Origin: an uncultured Methanosarcinales archaeon
Lineage (GTDB): Archaea; Halobacteriota; Methanosarcinia; Methanotrichales; Methanotrichaceae
Length of the DNA: 64,000 bases
Direction: 5' to 3'
NCBI GenBank assembly: GCA_963843555.1
Contig: CAWJKV010000012.1
Location: forward strand, 32,001-96,000
Positions 63,681 to 64,000 of the stretch are shown here, in pieces. The notes below the pieces were generated by a model. That model was not told where the DNA came from. It was given only the letters and a program-made list of their open reading frames with translations, and ran no database searches. Made by a program: the position numbers and the translations under genes. Numbering within the stretch: the stretch's first letter is position 1; the number at the start of each line of letters is the position of its first letter.

Positions 63681-64000
63681 TTACGATCGAACTACTGATT
63701 TCTGGCCCCTGGATTCCCTGTCACCATTCATATTTCTATTTCCATCGTAATTGAAGACATCATCCGCGCTTATGGAAACTGGATTTGGAGGGTAAATATC
63801 CAGGTAATTGCCACAGCAGTTGAGCCAGCTGTCAGTATATCATTAGCTGACGGTCACTCTTACTGATAGTTATATTTTTAGATATATGGTAGGTCCCAAT
63901 ATACTCTTCTTCGATCTCGATAGCCGGATTCTTCCAGGCACTTGTCATGGGGCCCCTTCCGTCCCTTCCAGGCTCTCCTCCCGGGGCCTCGCTCCCCCTG
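63681..64000 (-). CDS. C-terminus of a hypothetical protein entering from beyond the window (frameshifted)
   Basis: IEIEEEYIGTYHISKNITI..DSWLNCCG..ADDVFN reads as protein on the minus strand. Confidence 0.5.

Overview
Archaeal chromosomal window, most consistent with an acetoclastic methanogen of the Methanothrix/Methanotrichaceae type. This is an inference from Sec61-beta, PGF-CTERM and Nre proteins, cupin-type PGI, archaeal TATA promoters and many sequon-rich secreted proteins. It is mostly housekeeping and accessory metabolism: cbiA/cfbB, split fumarase, pgi, ubiA, an encapsulin with ferritin-like cargo, a P-type ATPase, hisI, pyrH, cbiMNQO, xseAB, trpBA, a serpin, nfnB<-/->fdhA-nfnA-FNT, vapBC, two Nre paralogs, a DNA-repair radical SAM with DUF4130, fasciclins, GAPN and rhodaneses. 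Many genes carry single-base frameshifts, which look like long-read indel errors rather than true pseudogenes. No rRNA, tRNA or CRISPR array was recognised. The two most notable items are (1) a free-standing, ~470-nt, heavily base-paired candidate non-coding RNA on the minus strand (9120-9593), with its own TATA box and T-rich end and matching no RNA family I recognise, and (2) a formate dehydrogenase embedded in an NfnAB locus whose NfnA has altered NAD/FAD-site motifs, suggesting a rewired electron-bifurcating complex. There are also several regulatory arrays, a second structured intergenic element, and two small insertions marked by displaced gene-fragment duplications.
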